Positions 31,632 through 44,532 of a stretch of 64,000 nt of DNA are shown here, one piece after another. The stretch is from NCBI RefSeq assembly GCF_016026235.1, contig NZ_CP065613.1. One strand, 5' to 3'. The notes below the pieces were generated by a model, which was not told where the DNA came from, searched no databases, and was given only the letters and a program-made list of their open reading frames with translations. The position numbers and the translations under genes were made by a program. The DNA comes from Escherichia coli (GTDB lineage: Bacteria > Pseudomonadota > Gammaproteobacteria > Enterobacterales > Enterobacteriaceae). Every line of letters begins with the position of its first letter. Positions within the stretch are counted from its first letter, which is position 1.

Positions 31632-32139
31632 CCTTGCAGAAGTGAGAAGGGCTACCCTTACGGACTGGTGAAAACTGCTGACGCATATCATTCAAACTAC
31701 GCGTAAATTTAAGCGGATTCTCGCCTTTGATTTCGACTGTGACGAAAATATCGCCATTGTTGTTAAAAAAGTTAAAATAATAGTCATGCTGGTGTCGACG
31801 GTTAGTTTTAAATTGACGAAATGACAAATAGCACCGTTCGTCATAGGTAATCAAAAAATCATTTTCCCCGTACCCATTTACCATCTTGTTTTTTAAGTTA
31901 CCCTCGAAGAGAACAGAATACTTATCTCTGTCAGCAAATAATTCGGCATCCGTTTCTCGGTTGATCGTGTTTACACTAACACCAAATTCTATTTTTATTT
32001 TTTCTTTACTGATACTGTCTTTTGTATCGACATAAATGTTATTCTCATTCCAGAATAAGAGGAAGTTTTTGTTACAGGAGTAGAGGCCAGTTAAGCAGAG
32101 TACGATTATTAGCAAGAATAGTATGGCTTTGTAGCGCAT
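31609..32139 (-). CDS. hypothetical small exported protein or lipoprotein, AT-rich (accessory)
   Basis: 176-aa ORF with signal peptide (ILFLLIIVLCLTGLYSC), AAGGAA SD upstream; noticeably lower GC than flanks by eye; 3' end overlaps the convergent 680-aa ORF by 23 nt. Confidence 0.5.
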   Translation of the reverse strand: MRYKAILFLLIIVLCLTGLYSCNKNFLLFWNENNIYVDTKDSISKEKIKIEFGVSVNTINRETDAELFADRDKYSVLFEGNLKNKMVNGYGENDFLITYDERCYLSFRQFKTNRRHQHDYYFNFFNNNGDIFVTVEIKGENPLKFTRSLNDMRQQFSPVRKGSPSHFCKVISSDPS

Positions 32140-32322
32140 TTACATTCCTTTCAGTATGTTACGTTCACAAAGTGAGTTTCTTTTCTTTATATAAACCACA
32201 GCAATAATTAAACCCACTCTACGGTAAGCTTATTTTAATAATGAAGGATTATCTGCACGCTACCGCCGTGCCAGGAAAAATATCAGCAGGTATATAACGG
32301 TAACTTATTCATTACCGTTAAT

Positions 32323-32351
32323 CCCGGCAGCGTAGAAAAAACGCTGCCGGG
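32323..32351 (-). terminator. hairpin terminator downstream of yhjJ
   Basis: stem cccggcagcg/cgctgccggg flanked by A/T runs, seen immediately 3' of the yhjJ stop. Confidence 0.5.
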
Positions 32352-32358
32352 TTATTTA

Positions 32359-33855
32359 TTACTGCGCGGGTGGAATATCCGAAACTTCAGGATGGACGTC
32401 ATCCGTGGCTACGGATGTCGTCACAGCCGCAGTCGATGGGGCCATGATTTGATCCCAGACCGCCTGCAACGCTTTCATGTTAAATTCCGGCTCGCCTTTC
32501 GGCTGCAGCAGTATTAACGCCATATCATTCGACAACTGCTGACGCAGATCCTGATTTAACATCTCCACCGTCAGGCTGTTAAGGAAATCCTGCCGCAGTT
32601 TCTGATACTGCTCCGGCGCGATATCGACGACCTGATTTTGCAACGAACGCATCCGCTGACCCATCAGAATATCGGTATCAGCCCGCGCATAGGCGGCAAA
32701 CAGTTTCTGCAGCTCCAGTTTCTTTTGCGCCACTAACGCATTGAACTCTTCTTCCGGCAGACCTTTATCGCGAACCTTCGCCAGTTCACGCGCCACCAGA
32801 TTAAGGTTGCTGTTCAGCTTGTCGTTTGGTGATTCGATGTTGATGGCACACTGCGCACGCAGATACAGCACACGGCAGTCAAATCCAAGACCGATGTCTT
32901 TGCTGTTACTGGCGCTTAACGCTTGCTGAACATGCCAGAACAGCGCCTCACGGGCCAGGTCCGCACGCCAGTAGCGCAGCAGTGCGGCTGATTCACGAAT
33001 CGGCTGCCACGGCGTATCCCACATGATAGATAACCGGTCCTGACGCACCGCGTCAGTCATAATACTCACCGCTTCCGCACGCAGCGGAGAAAGCGTCGGC
33101 ACCGGAGCCGGTGTTTCACGTTTGCCTTTCAGTTCGCCAAACGTTTTGTTGATTTGGTCGACAACCGAGCGCGCATCCACGTTTCCCACCACCAGCAGCG
33201 TCATTGCATCCGGGGTGTACCATTTCTGATAGAAATCTTTAATCTTTTCCGCTTCAACGGGTTGTTTCAGCGGATCGGCAGGATCGTGACCTAACAAGGT
33301 TGACCCTTTCAGACGATAGCGCCACCAGCCCTCTTTAGTATCGGCAGGCCAGGTTGCCACCATGTCCTGACTTTGCAGCGCGTGGTTGATGGTTTCTGGC
33401 GTGATAGTCAGTTTGCCAGTGGCATTTGCCAGATAAGAGAGCGCCTCTTTCAGCAAATCGTTACGGTTATTGGGCAAACTCAGATTAAACAGCGTGGTGT
33501 CATAAGAGACAATTACCGGCGGCATCGGGCGTTTAGGGTCGATCCCCTGCTGCCACAATGAACGCGCCTGTGCTGCGTCAAGGCCACCGCTTTGCGTTAG
33601 CGCAATACGAGGGATGGCGTGACTGTAACCGCTCTGTTGTGTACTTTCGGCGAGCGAACCGGTATTAACCAGCAGGCGAATTTCAACACGATCGCTGGGA
33701 CGCTGGGGGGTGGTCAGCACTTGCCACTGTAAACCGTTGGAAAGCGTCCCCTGTTGCCATGCTGGATCAGGCTGGAGCGCATCTGCCTGCACATAGCCAG
33801 CAGTGGCCATCATCAGCAAACCGCCCGCTAAAAGTCGAATTTTTGTGCCCTGCAT
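32359..33855 (-). CDS. yhjJ: M16-family zinc peptidase-like protein YhjJ
   Basis: 498-aa ORF with signal peptide; synteny. Confidence 0.85.
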   Translation of the reverse strand: MQGTKIRLLAGGLLMMATAGYVQADALQPDPAWQQGTLSNGLQWQVLTTPQRPSDRVEIRLLVNTGSLAESTQQSGYSHAIPRIALTQSGGLDAAQARSLWQQGIDPKRPMPPVIVSYDTTLFNLSLPNNRNDLLKEALSYLANATGKLTITPETINHALQSQDMVATWPADTKEGWWRYRLKGSTLLGHDPADPLKQPVEAEKIKDFYQKWYTPDAMTLLVVGNVDARSVVDQINKTFGELKGKRETPAPVPTLSPLRAEAVSIMTDAVRQDRLSIMWDTPWQPIRESAALLRYWRADLAREALFWHVQQALSASNSKDIGLGFDCRVLYLRAQCAINIESPNDKLNSNLNLVARELAKVRDKGLPEEEFNALVAQKKLELQKLFAAYARADTDILMGQRMRSLQNQVVDIAPEQYQKLRQDFLNSLTVEMLNQDLRQQLSNDMALILLQPKGEPEFNMKALQAVWDQIMAPSTAAVTTSVATDDVHPEVSDIPPAQ

Positions 33856-34075
33856 GTGAACCCCTGATCAACTATCCTGGTAATAAAAAAACTGCCCGTT
33901 GTCGGTCAGTCTAAATGACGTTAAAAACACTTCGTGTTAGACCGCAAGAACATGAAAATGTCACGGAAGAAGTGAAATAAACCTGAACTCACCCAGGTGG
34001 TAAGTTCAGGCACAGGGGTCAATTATGCGCAAACACCCGCACTCGGGGAAGGGAGTGCGGGCATAAGTGATGAGA

Positions 34076-35398
<1,323 letters not shown>

Positions 35399-35544
35399 TT
35401 ATGGGGTACCTGCGGCCTTAAAATAACACCCAGACAACATCACAGAAATGTACCTGGATCATAATTGAAACAAAAAGGTTAAAAAGTTTGAGCTGGCTCG
35501 CACAAACCAGCACTTTTTAAAGTTTTGTAATCAGTTTGGGGTAG

Positions 35545-37533
35545 CTACTTTTCTTCCAGGTAACTCTCTTCGAAGATTTCAATAGGGAGTGGACGAGCAA
35601 AAAGGAAGCCCTGGGCAATACCAACGCCCGCTTTTGCCAGCCAGTCGCGTTGTGCTTCAGTCTCCACGCCTTCGGCAATCATTTGTAAGTTCAGGCTCTG
35701 CGCCAGCATGATAATTGCAGCAATCATGCTGCTATCTTCCGGCAAGCCTTCAACAAACATTTTGTCGATTTTCAGAACGTCGATTGGCAACGATTTCATA
35801 TGCTGCAGCTGACGCAGCCCTGCGTAGCCCATGCCGAAATCATCCAGCGCCACCCGAACTCCGGCATTACGCAGCGGACGGAGGATTGCCACCGCAGCAT
35901 GAGGGTCGTCAATACGTCGGCTTTCTGTCACTTCCAGAATCAGTGTTCCCGGCTGAATGCGATAGCGGGTTAACAGTTCCAGCATATCCGCCACCATATT
36001 CGGGTGCATCAGTTGCAGCGCAGAGAGGTTTACCGACAAGGGCAGCATAATGCCGCGCTCTTGCCAGGCTGCAAGCAATCGACAGGACTCTTCCAGCACC
36101 CAGTGACCGACGGTAACCATCAGCCCACAGCACTCAATGCGATCGATTAAGCCATCCGGCAGGTCCCAACTGCCATCCGGTTGCTGGATACGCAGTAACA
36201 CTTCCGCACTGACCAGTTTACCGCTGGTCATCTCGACCTGTGGCTGTAACCAAATAGCAAACTGATGATTTTCCAGTGCATTAAGGATATCGCTCTCTTC
36301 CGTCAACCGCTTCTGGGCGGCTTCCATCTGCTGCGGATCAAAGAACTGAATCTGATTCTTGCCTTTATGGCGAGCGGTAAATGCCGCAGAAATAGCGCGA
36401 CTGTAAAGCTGTTCGGCGGTGAGATCGCCGTAGAACATCGCCACGCCAATGCTACAGTGCGGACGGAGTTGAATACGTTCAATCGGCAGGCGCTCGCTCA
36501 TGATAGTGAGCACTTGCTGACCCAAAGTGATTGCGTGCCACGGTTCCTGTACACCGTTGGCAATGACAGCAAAGTCATAACCGCTAATCTGCGCGAGGAT
36601 CATACGTGGCGACAGTACCGATTTGAGTTTTTCCACCAGCGTCAGCAGCAGAATTTCTCGTTGCGCCTCTTTCAGCACGCCCGCAGTATCACGCAGGGTT
36701 TCACAGGTGATGATCATCAGCGCGGTGGTTTGTTTACGCGCGACAACCTGCTCCAGCATCTCCATCAGCAAGGCTTTGTTCGGCAAATCCGACACCGGGA
36801 AGCGCATCGCATTTTCGTTCTGTTCTTCATAATGGCGCTGCAGCAATTGCTGGTTGAGGTTGTAACTGCGCACCAACATACCGATTTCATCGTCCTGATG
36901 CAGACGCGGTAATGCCAGTTGGTGACCAACAAGCTCCTGGGCTGGGATGGCGTTAAGTTCGCGAGCAATATTGCGTAACGGATGCAAAATCAGGCGGTTA
37001 ATGCACCAGCTAATCGCCACCGTCAATATTAACGACAAAAGTAAGTAAATGGTCACTAACGTTGAGAGGGTGCTCATCACGAACTTATACATACGGAAGG
37101 AATCCGCCTGTAGTACCAGATAGGCAATTGGCTGCGGGTTTGCCGGACGTTCGAGCGAGTAAACGCCCAGCGAGATTTGAACCGGTAGCTCAAACAGGCG
37201 AGTAACCATTACCGGCACCGGGCGCTCTGGAATAAAACTTTTACGCAGCGCCTGGAACTGGTTGGGCAGCACTACATCGGCACGGCTGACCACGCCTGCC
37301 GGTTTAATGCTGGCAAGAATAGCTTCCGCTTCGGGAATATCACCTTTCAAAATGGCTGAAGATAAAGGTTCGCGGACAGAGCGAGCAATGCTTTCCAGTT
37401 GCGTAGCCGTGTTATAGCGATTCTGCTGGACCAGATGGAACAGCAAAACGGTGCAAAAAATAAAAACGAACACCAGGACAACGGCTGCCACCATTGCCAT
37501 CTGCTTGATTGTTAACGAGCGACTTACGCGCAA
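35545..37533 (-). CDS. pdeK: HAMP-GGDEF-EAL c-di-GMP phosphodiesterase PdeK (YhjK)
   Basis: 662-aa ORF with N-terminal TM segments and C-terminal EAL domain; synteny. Confidence 0.85.
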   Translation of the reverse strand: MRVSRSLTIKQMAMVAAVVLVFVFIFCTVLLFHLVQQNRYNTATQLESIARSVREPLSSAILKGDIPEAEAILASIKPAGVVSRADVVLPNQFQALRKSFIPERPVPVMVTRLFELPVQISLGVYSLERPANPQPIAYLVLQADSFRMYKFVMSTLSTLVTIYLLLSLILTVAISWCINRLILHPLRNIARELNAIPAQELVGHQLALPRLHQDDEIGMLVRSYNLNQQLLQRHYEEQNENAMRFPVSDLPNKALLMEMLEQVVARKQTTALMIITCETLRDTAGVLKEAQREILLLTLVEKLKSVLSPRMILAQISGYDFAVIANGVQEPWHAITLGQQVLTIMSERLPIERIQLRPHCSIGVAMFYGDLTAEQLYSRAISAAFTARHKGKNQIQFFDPQQMEAAQKRLTEESDILNALENHQFAIWLQPQVEMTSGKLVSAEVLLRIQQPDGSWDLPDGLIDRIECCGLMVTVGHWVLEESCRLLAAWQERGIMLPLSVNLSALQLMHPNMVADMLELLTRYRIQPGTLILEVTESRRIDDPHAAVAILRPLRNAGVRVALDDFGMGYAGLRQLQHMKSLPIDVLKIDKMFVEGLPEDSSMIAAIIMLAQSLNLQMIAEGVETEAQRDWLAKAGVGIAQGFLFARPLPIEIFEESYLEEK

Positions 37534-37614
37534 ATTGTCTCCCCCCGGAAATCCCAGATTGCCGCCCGAGTATACCCGATCGCAGCGGCATTAAGAGAGG
37601 CGCTATCTGAAAAC

Positions 37615-40600
37615 TTACCAGTCGGCGTAAGGTATCAGCGGCTGCGGCGGTAAATCCATGTCACCCTGCCATCCGGCGGCGGAATAACGTACGTAGAGCA
37701 GGAAATGGCTGGGTGCGTAATCTTTCGCCTGCTGGATATCAATTGCCGTGCCAACAAACCAGTTGGAAGTAACACGTCGTTCAAGTAATGCCCGCGCCGT
37801 GTAGCCGAAGCCCTGACTGCTGCCGCCATCGTTGGATTGCCGCGCAGCTTCTTCCTGCCAGTCGGTCGGGATCAGATTCATCAGCGGATAACGCGGCATG
37901 GTTTTGGTGCGTGAATGCGACCACGAGCCAGACGCCCCCAACTCCCACGACCAGTTTTCCGTGCGCTCCCGCCACATCACCGGTATGGCAAACGACAGGT
38001 ATTCCTGCGGACTGTAGTAACCGCCCTGACCGAGTGAGTAGCCACTCAGATCTTTGTCGTAATGCCAGATCATGTTGTTCAGGCCGATTGTGACGCGGCG
38101 ATTGTTCTGGTTAATGACCTTATAGTAATAGCCCGTCATCCAGCGCACGCGCCAGTTATCTTCGACATTTTTACCGGTTAACTGGTCGCCACTAAGCGAT
38201 GCCCAGACGCCGTTTGCTTCACCTTTATCGTAGCTCAGACTTAGCCCCACACCGTCGGCACGTACGCCACCCCATTTTTTCCCGGTATTGCTCGGGGAGT
38301 CTTTTTGCCCACCAAAGGCCAGCAAAGAACTGGAGATGGGCCGACGGTGGGCGTTAACGGTGTAACCCAGCGGCCCGATATCATCGCTGTAACTGATGCC
38401 GCCGACCACATCCACCACGTTGAAGCCCATCGGCGTGGTACCGATATCCCAGCTCCAGACGTCATTTCGCCAGCCGACCGCCACGCTGGCACCGGAATCC
38501 GACTGGCTGCGGTTGCCGCTACAGTCCTGTAATGTACAGGTGCCCCAGTTATCATCCCATTTACCATCGGCATTAGTGGAGAAACTGCCGACGTTCATAT
38601 TGACGAAATCACTGCGAAAGAACATCCGCCCGTCAGAATACGGCGCATCCACCTGCAACATGGTAGTGTGCGCTTTCAGATCGGAGTAACCACCGGTGCC
38701 GCTCGAACCCCAGTAATCATGCTCGAGGGTGACGTTAAGATCCTGCTGGCGATAGAGGTCCGCCGCATCGCTGCGCACGCCGCGTTTCAGCCAGTCATCT
38801 TTCTCGTCGTTACGGGTCAGTCGGGTAAAGGTGTCGTTATCCTGCGGACGCGTCGTGGTCACACCGGATGCGACCATGGCGTCTTTGTAGGTTTCCAGCG
38901 CCTGCTTTGGATCGCCCGCCTGCGCTTCAAACTTCGCACCATCACGCAGTACCATCGCACTTTCCATCGACGGCGGCTGAGATTTTGCCTGCGGGATCAA
39001 CTTATTAAACGTCTGCTGCGCCGCTGCGGTATCGCCAAGCTGCGCCTGCGCCAGCGCCACGCGCCGCTGTGTGTTCAGCGAGGCGTTATCGGTAGCGGGC
39101 AGTTTCGCCAGCTGGCTACGTGCCGCAGCTGTGTCACCGGCAGCAATATCCACTTCCGTCAGCCCCAGAATGGCATCGGCGTTAGTTGGCTCCCGCGTCA
39201 GGACATTCTGATACGCAGCGCGGGCGGCGGTGTAATCACGTCGCTGCTGCGCCCAGTCAGCCAGCGTGAGGTCAATACGCGTGGAAGGTGGTTGCTGGCG
39301 CAGCATCGCTTCCGCTTCTGCCTCTTTGCCGCTTTCTCGCAGGCGGTTAGCGGTTTCCAGCACCTGATCGCTTTGCAGTCGATTAACCAGCTCCTGAATA
39401 TTGCTGTTCCACTGCGCACGCGGCAGGCTGTTGATATGCGCCAGCGCCGCTCTGTCCTGGTCATGACCAGAGAGGTACAGCCCGTAAGCGTAAACCTGCT
39501 CCGGGTCGTTCGACTTCTGCTGCGCCAGATTGCGCATTAACGTATCGGCCTGGCTGCGTTGTCCGGCCTGCCAGAGATCCTGCGAAAGTCGGTAAGTAAT
39601 CCATACGCTGCCGGGGTCCAGCGCCAGTCGTTGCCGCTGAAGTGCTGCCGCCTGCGCCCATTTGCCCTGGTTTTCCAGTGCCTCTGCCTGCTGTGCCAGA
39701 CGGTCGTTTTGCAGGCTGCGTTCGATATCATCAATGCTACGCCGCTGACTGGCAGAGAGCGAGGCGATAAACGCTTCAGCTTTTTCTGGCGATTGCTGGC
39801 GGTAAATATTTGCCAGCCCGCGCACGGCGTTAGTGTTGCCGCTGTCCATACGCAAGGTCTGCTGATAATAACGTTCGGCGGCGGGATAATCTTTTCGCGC
39901 CATCGCCACATCGCCCAGCCCCAGCACTGCATAACTGTCGGTGTTATCGACATTACGCGCCTGCTGGAACAGGCGTTCTGCCCGGTCAGGATTATTGGCT
40001 TTCAGCGCAGCATCGCCCTGCTGGATCGCCAGCCAGTAGCGGTTTACTTTCAGCAGACTGTTCCATTTGTCGTTGTTGCTGCTGTGCGGGTCCAGTGCGA
40101 GGGCTTTTTCCAGATTCGCCACTGCATTGGCGCGATCGCCTTTCTGAGAATACGCCTGGCCCAGCGCCCCCAGAGCTTCACTGTCTTTCGGGTTCGCCCG
40201 CACCGCCTGTTGTAGTTCGGGAATGGCTTTACCCGCCATACCAGAGTCCACCGCCGCTAAACCTTGCGCACGAGCGCGGAAAGCAGGATCGGCCAGCTGT
40301 TTTTGCTGTTCTGCCAGTTGCGATTGCGCAGCCGCCACGCTATCGCCATCACTAAAGATCGAGAGATATTTTTTCAGCGCCGACACACTGGCATCACTGA
40401 CGGGCATGTCTTTAATCTGCCCGTACCAGATTTTAGAGGCCCCTTCGCGCCCGGCGTTCGATTTTGCCATCTGTTCCAGGACGGCAAAACCTTCGTCACG
40501 GCGATCGCTACTAAACAGCAATAGCGCCAGATTGTTTTGCAGGCCCGTATTGCCCGGTGCATCCGCATTGATGCGTTTTAACTGATTAATCGCTTCGCCA

Positions 40601-41088
40601 CGGCGAGCCGGAATTTTCGCCACCGTACTCCAGTACTCGACAGCAATGTCACCTTCCGGCGGCGCACCGTTGAACAGTTTGTTGTAACTCGCCACAGCTT
40701 CTTCTGCATGACCGGTCGTCGCCTGCAATCGTGCCTGTTGCAGTGCCTGACGACCATCCGGCGTGGAAAGTAGCATCGTAGTCCGCGACGATTTATACGC
40801 ATTTGAACTCGGCGCTAACTGCGACAGCCGATCGAGCTGTTTTTGCGCGCCATCAATATCGCCCTGACGTAACAAAGAACGGAAACGGGCGGCAACGACG
40901 TCCGGGTTATTCGGATCAATAAGTTCCAGCCGATACAACGACTGTTGCACCAGGTCTTCACGATGGGTCGCTTCGCCTAACCGAACTTGCTCCAGCAACT
41001 GTTGCTGAGCGGTTGGTGCTGCCTCGACCATCGGCATGACGGCCAGACCGAGGGAAAGCGTGAATATGTTTAGTGTGAATTTGCGCAT
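37615..41088 (-). CDS. bcsC: cellulose synthase operon protein C (TPR periplasmic scaffold plus outer-membrane beta-barrel)
   Basis: 1157-aa ORF with signal peptide; recalled identity. Confidence 0.9.
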   Translation of the reverse strand: MRKFTLNIFTLSLGLAVMPMVEAAPTAQQQLLEQVRLGEATHREDLVQQSLYRLELIDPNNPDVVAARFRSLLRQGDIDGAQKQLDRLSQLAPSSNAYKSSRTTMLLSTPDGRQALQQARLQATTGHAEEAVASYNKLFNGAPPEGDIAVEYWSTVAKIPARRGEAINQLKRINADAPGNTGLQNNLALLLFSSDRRDEGFAVLEQMAKSNAGREGASKIWYGQIKDMPVSDASVSALKKYLSIFSDGDSVAAAQSQLAEQQKQLADPAFRARAQGLAAVDSGMAGKAIPELQQAVRANPKDSEALGALGQAYSQKGDRANAVANLEKALALDPHSSNNDKWNSLLKVNRYWLAIQQGDAALKANNPDRAERLFQQARNVDNTDSYAVLGLGDVAMARKDYPAAERYYQQTLRMDSGNTNAVRGLANIYRQQSPEKAEAFIASLSASQRRSIDDIERSLQNDRLAQQAEALENQGKWAQAAALQRQRLALDPGSVWITYRLSQDLWQAGQRSQADTLMRNLAQQKSNDPEQVYAYGLYLSGHDQDRAALAHINSLPRAQWNSNIQELVNRLQSDQVLETANRLRESGKEAEAEAMLRQQPPSTRIDLTLADWAQQRRDYTAARAAYQNVLTREPTNADAILGLTEVDIAAGDTAAARSQLAKLPATDNASLNTQRRVALAQAQLGDTAAAQQTFNKLIPQAKSQPPSMESAMVLRDGAKFEAQAGDPKQALETYKDAMVASGVTTTRPQDNDTFTRLTRNDEKDDWLKRGVRSDAADLYRQQDLNVTLEHDYWGSSGTGGYSDLKAHTTMLQVDAPYSDGRMFFRSDFVNMNVGSFSTNADGKWDDNWGTCTLQDCSGNRSQSDSGASVAVGWRNDVWSWDIGTTPMGFNVVDVVGGISYSDDIGPLGYTVNAHRRPISSSLLAFGGQKDSPSNTGKKWGGVRADGVGLSLSYDKGEANGVWASLSGDQLTGKNVEDNWRVRWMTGYYYKVINQNNRRVTIGLNNMIWHYDKDLSGYSLGQGGYYSPQEYLSFAIPVMWRERTENWSWELGASGSWSHSRTKTMPRYPLMNLIPTDWQEEAARQSNDGGSSQGFGYTARALLERRVTSNWFVGTAIDIQQAKDYAPSHFLLYVRYSAAGWQGDMDLPPQPLIPYADW

Positions 41089-42176
41089 TCCTGGCCCCAG
41101 TCAGGTAATAACTCACCTTTTGTCGAGAAGCGGAAACGGTGTTGATCCCAGCCTTGTCCAAACAGGGTCAGCACATAGTTGTAATAGGCATCGCTGCCGG
41201 GAAAGTTATCGGCCACGCGCTGGCGCTGAACGGCCTGCGCATCGCGGTTTTGTAAAAAGGGCAGCATGGCGGCAGAAAAACCGACCGGTCCTTTACCCTG
41301 CGCTTTCCCCGTAGCCACATCCACTTTTTCCGGCGGATAACCGTTTTTCTCAGTGAATGTCGCCATCGGTTTAAACCGGTTGAGCATCCGCGCTTTCTGC
41401 GGATCGCTGTCAGGCATCATGCCTACCCACATGTAAACGCGGATAGCGTCGTAGCTGCTGATCAATGTTTTTTCGGCTTTTAGCTGCCAGCCTTTGTCTT
41501 TCTCATAGCGCACCCAGTCTGGCGAAAAGCCTTTCGGGGCGGTTTCCAGCAATAAACGTTGATTGGTTTCGCGCAGCGTAGTCCACGGCGCGCCAAAGCG
41601 GGTGAAATACTGCGCCAGCGTCGGCGGCAGGTAGCTGGGGTTAAAACGCCAGCTGTTATCCTCAGCAAAACCCACTTTGCCCGGTAACAACATGGAACCC
41701 AGCCCAAGCACCGTCACCACTTCCTCCCGCGCAATACGTTTTAGCAACGCGCTGCCGATGTCGGTATAACGCTGCTCTTTCCACAAACGACCCGCCTCCA
41801 GCAACGACCAGGCCATCCAGACATCACCATCGGAGGCCGAATTGCTGTCCAGCACTTCCCACTTACTGTTCTCTTTCTTGCCCCACAGCCAGGCGGGCAA
41901 ACGTTCTTTTAAAGAACCCTGAGCAAGATTGTTCTGCGTCCAGTCGAGAATATTATCGAAAGCTGCACGGTCGTTAGCCGCCAGGGCAAAGAACATGCCG
42001 TAACTTTGCCCTTCAGAGGTGGTGATTTTGCGCGCGTCGCTGGAGTCGATGACGCGCCCTTCCTGACTGATGTAATCCTTTTTAAACTGCTCCCAGGCAG
42101 GCCAGGTACAGGCTGCCTGAACACTAAAGGCAGCCAACAGCAGCATCGTCACGAGTCCACTACGCAACACATTCAT
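41070..42176 (-). CDS. bcsZ: endo-1,4-beta-glucanase (GH8)
   Basis: 368-aa ORF from ATG 42176 ([10 protein letters not shown]...); 19-nt overlap with bcsC start. Confidence 0.9.
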   Translation of the reverse strand: MNVLRSGLVTMLLLAAFSVQAACTWPAWEQFKKDYISQEGRVIDSSDARKITTSEGQSYGMFFALAANDRAAFDNILDWTQNNLAQGSLKERLPAWLWGKKENSKWEVLDSNSASDGDVWMAWSLLEAGRLWKEQRYTDIGSALLKRIAREEVVTVLGLGSMLLPGKVGFAEDNSWRFNPSYLPPTLAQYFTRFGAPWTTLRETNQRLLLETAPKGFSPDWVRYEKDKGWQLKAEKTLISSYDAIRVYMWVGMMPDSDPQKARMLNRFKPMATFTEKNGYPPEKVDVATGKAQGKGPVGFSAAMLPFLQNRDAQAVQRQRVADNFPGSDAYYNYVLTLFGQGWDQHRFRFSTKGELLPDWGQECANSH

Positions 42177-42182
42177 CTTCAA

Positions 42183-44522
42183 TTACTCGTTATCCGGGTT
42201 AAGACGACGACGACTAATAATTCGCAGCAGACGCCACAGTACCCATGCCAGCAATATCACACTGATAGCCGCCAGCACCGCCAGCAGAATCGGATGGTTT
42301 GCCAGCGCATACCACAAGCGCTCGAACCACGGCAGATGACCTACGTAATAAACGTCGCCAACACGTAGGCTGTTGATACCGGACTCGCGGATCACCGCGA
42401 CCGAACCGAACATGGTGGCGCGTTTGCCGCTATCGTTCACCGCATCGTTAAGCATTTCATAACCGCGAGGGCTATCTGCCAGCAGCGCAATCACGCTGCG
42501 CTGGTCGTTATATGGCGACTGGAAGCCAATCACCGCCGCCATCGCACCGGAAGAGGTCAGCGTTGACTGGGTTTCTGCCGCGCGATCGCTCTCGTCCGGC
42601 ACAATGCCGGGGAACGGGGTCTGGCGCATCGGTGTTTTCACCCAGCTTTCGGTCGCCTGCACCAATAGGTCGATCTGCTTATCGTCTTTCAGTTTGTCCG
42701 GGATACCACCGATGATCATGATGTCGGCATCTTTGCCCTGAATGGTGCTGCCATCATCGGTCACCGTCAGATTAATCGCCGGGAAGCCCGTCTGTGCGCC
42801 GATAAAACCAACAGTATTCAGCAAGGTTTCCATCTGTGCTTCGTTAGGCGTTTTCGGCATCACGGTGATGGTTTGCGACAGATCCGCCATCCGGCTGAAC
42901 GGGAAGCCCGCGTTAGCAAAGGCGCGTAGATCCGGCATCGGGATGAAGTGGTAATACTTCGAGAAGTCGATGGTGGAATCGTCACCAATCACCACATGAT
43001 TCTGCACCGGCTGGAAGGTAATACAGTTATCCACCGAACCGCCCGGCATCGGGTTCATATACTCAAAGTCGAAGCGCAGCTGGTTGGTCGCGCCCAGTTT
43101 CAGCGCCGGAATAGAGACATCCGTTTTGCCATCCAGCAAACCTTGTAATACCGGAATCCGCAGCAGCAGGCGATTCGCCTCCTGTTTGCTGCTCAGGTTG
43201 AAGGATTGCAGGAACTGGTTATTCAGGCTGATATCCATCCGCGAACTGTCTTTCACCGGCGGCATGGTGTAGCGGTAATTAATATCCATATCAATGCCGG
43301 TACTGCGCATCAGGTAGAGATCTGGCGGCAGGTTTAGCGAAACGTTAATCGCTGCTGGCTCAAGACCGCTGGATTGTAACTGTTCTTCATAGGTTTTCAG
43401 TTCACCAAAGGTGACCGGACGATCGGTACGCACCCAGTTCGGCGCATCGTACGGCTTACGCGGTAGCAGCGGTTTCACTTCATTCACTACCACGCTTTCA
43501 CCACGGAACAGAATGTTACCCTGAGCGATACCTTTCGCTGCCTGCAACAGGTCTTTGTGGTCACGACCAAACACCACCAGCAGTTTGATGTAAGGATTCT
43601 GCGGATGGTTAATCATCTCAATCACCGGGGCTTTTACCGCCGGATGATCGCGCAGGAAGTCCGGCCGTTTGTCGTTGGTTGCAAAGACAATGGCATTGCG
43701 ATCCGGCAGTTGGTTATAGAGTACCGGGAAGTTCTGCCCACGCCAGCCAGAACGCGAACCAAACCACGAGGCGACAATGGCAGAGGCTTGTTGCAGCCCA
43801 ACATCCGGCGCACCCGCAAAGACCATCGGCAAGGTGTTGGTGCGGTTATCACGCGGATCAAAGAATGGCACCGGGAAGTGTGACAGGTCATTCTTCACAT
43901 TCAGGGTCTGATAGGTCAGATCCAGTCCACTGCTCCGCCCAACATCCAGCCAAAGCGTGGTGCTGGCCGGGTTTTCGCACACGTCCTGATAATGGCCGAC
44001 AAACTCCAGCCGCACACGGTTGAAGTCGGTAATAAACAGTGGGTTAATGGGCATTTGCGCCAGCGTTTTTTTACCCAACTGTTCTTTGGTCACTGGCAGC
44101 ACGCCCATCAGCTCATCATTGAGATAAACCTTTAACTGCGACTGGACAGGCAGTAACGATGGCGATGGCGTGTATTCGAGGTTGAGCATCGCCTTCGTCA
44201 CCACTTCATCGCTGCGCATACCAAACTCAATGCTGCCGTTCGGGTTAATGCCACGTAGCACCATGCTGCCCGGCGGCGGTGCAATTTGCGCAAAGGTCAG
44301 CTTCACATCACGCGAAGGACCGTTCTGCGCCACGACTGGCGCATCAGCGCCCTGCACGCCCGGCATCACTTGCCCCACCTGCGGATTTTGTTCCGTCTGG
44401 GCGGCTACAGCTGGCTCAGCATTGATCAGTGGTTGCGTTGCTGGCGTCGCCTGCGTCATGAAAGAGGGGAACGCACTCATCCCCATAGCCACTGCACAAA
44501 TCCAGAATAGTTTTCTTTTCAT
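42183..44522 (-). CDS. bcsB: cellulose synthase periplasmic subunit BcsB
   Basis: 779-aa ORF from ATG 44522 (MKRKLFWICA...); the track's 808-aa extension rejected. Confidence 0.9.
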   Translation of the reverse strand: MKRKLFWICAVAMGMSAFPSFMTQATPATQPLINAEPAVAAQTEQNPQVGQVMPGVQGADAPVVAQNGPSRDVKLTFAQIAPPPGSMVLRGINPNGSIEFGMRSDEVVTKAMLNLEYTPSPSLLPVQSQLKVYLNDELMGVLPVTKEQLGKKTLAQMPINPLFITDFNRVRLEFVGHYQDVCENPASTTLWLDVGRSSGLDLTYQTLNVKNDLSHFPVPFFDPRDNRTNTLPMVFAGAPDVGLQQASAIVASWFGSRSGWRGQNFPVLYNQLPDRNAIVFATNDKRPDFLRDHPAVKAPVIEMINHPQNPYIKLLVVFGRDHKDLLQAAKGIAQGNILFRGESVVVNEVKPLLPRKPYDAPNWVRTDRPVTFGELKTYEEQLQSSGLEPAAINVSLNLPPDLYLMRSTGIDMDINYRYTMPPVKDSSRMDISLNNQFLQSFNLSSKQEANRLLLRIPVLQGLLDGKTDVSIPALKLGATNQLRFDFEYMNPMPGGSVDNCITFQPVQNHVVIGDDSTIDFSKYYHFIPMPDLRAFANAGFPFSRMADLSQTITVMPKTPNEAQMETLLNTVGFIGAQTGFPAINLTVTDDGSTIQGKDADIMIIGGIPDKLKDDKQIDLLVQATESWVKTPMRQTPFPGIVPDESDRAAETQSTLTSSGAMAAVIGFQSPYNDQRSVIALLADSPRGYEMLNDAVNDSGKRATMFGSVAVIRESGINSLRVGDVYYVGHLPWFERLWYALANHPILLAVLAAISVILLAWVLWRLLRIISRRRLNPDNE

Positions 44523-44532
44523 CGCGTTATCA

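Noticed and set aside
28303-32358. mobile-element boundaries (integrase, IS, direct repeats) for the kdgK-yhjJ insertion
   Set aside because: No transposase or integrase ORF and no obvious flanking direct repeats found by eye; not annotated as a mobile element.
38668-39540. 290-aa plus-strand ORF (and several others) antisense to bcsC
   Set aside because: Same reverse-strand artefact; Arg-rich, no start context.
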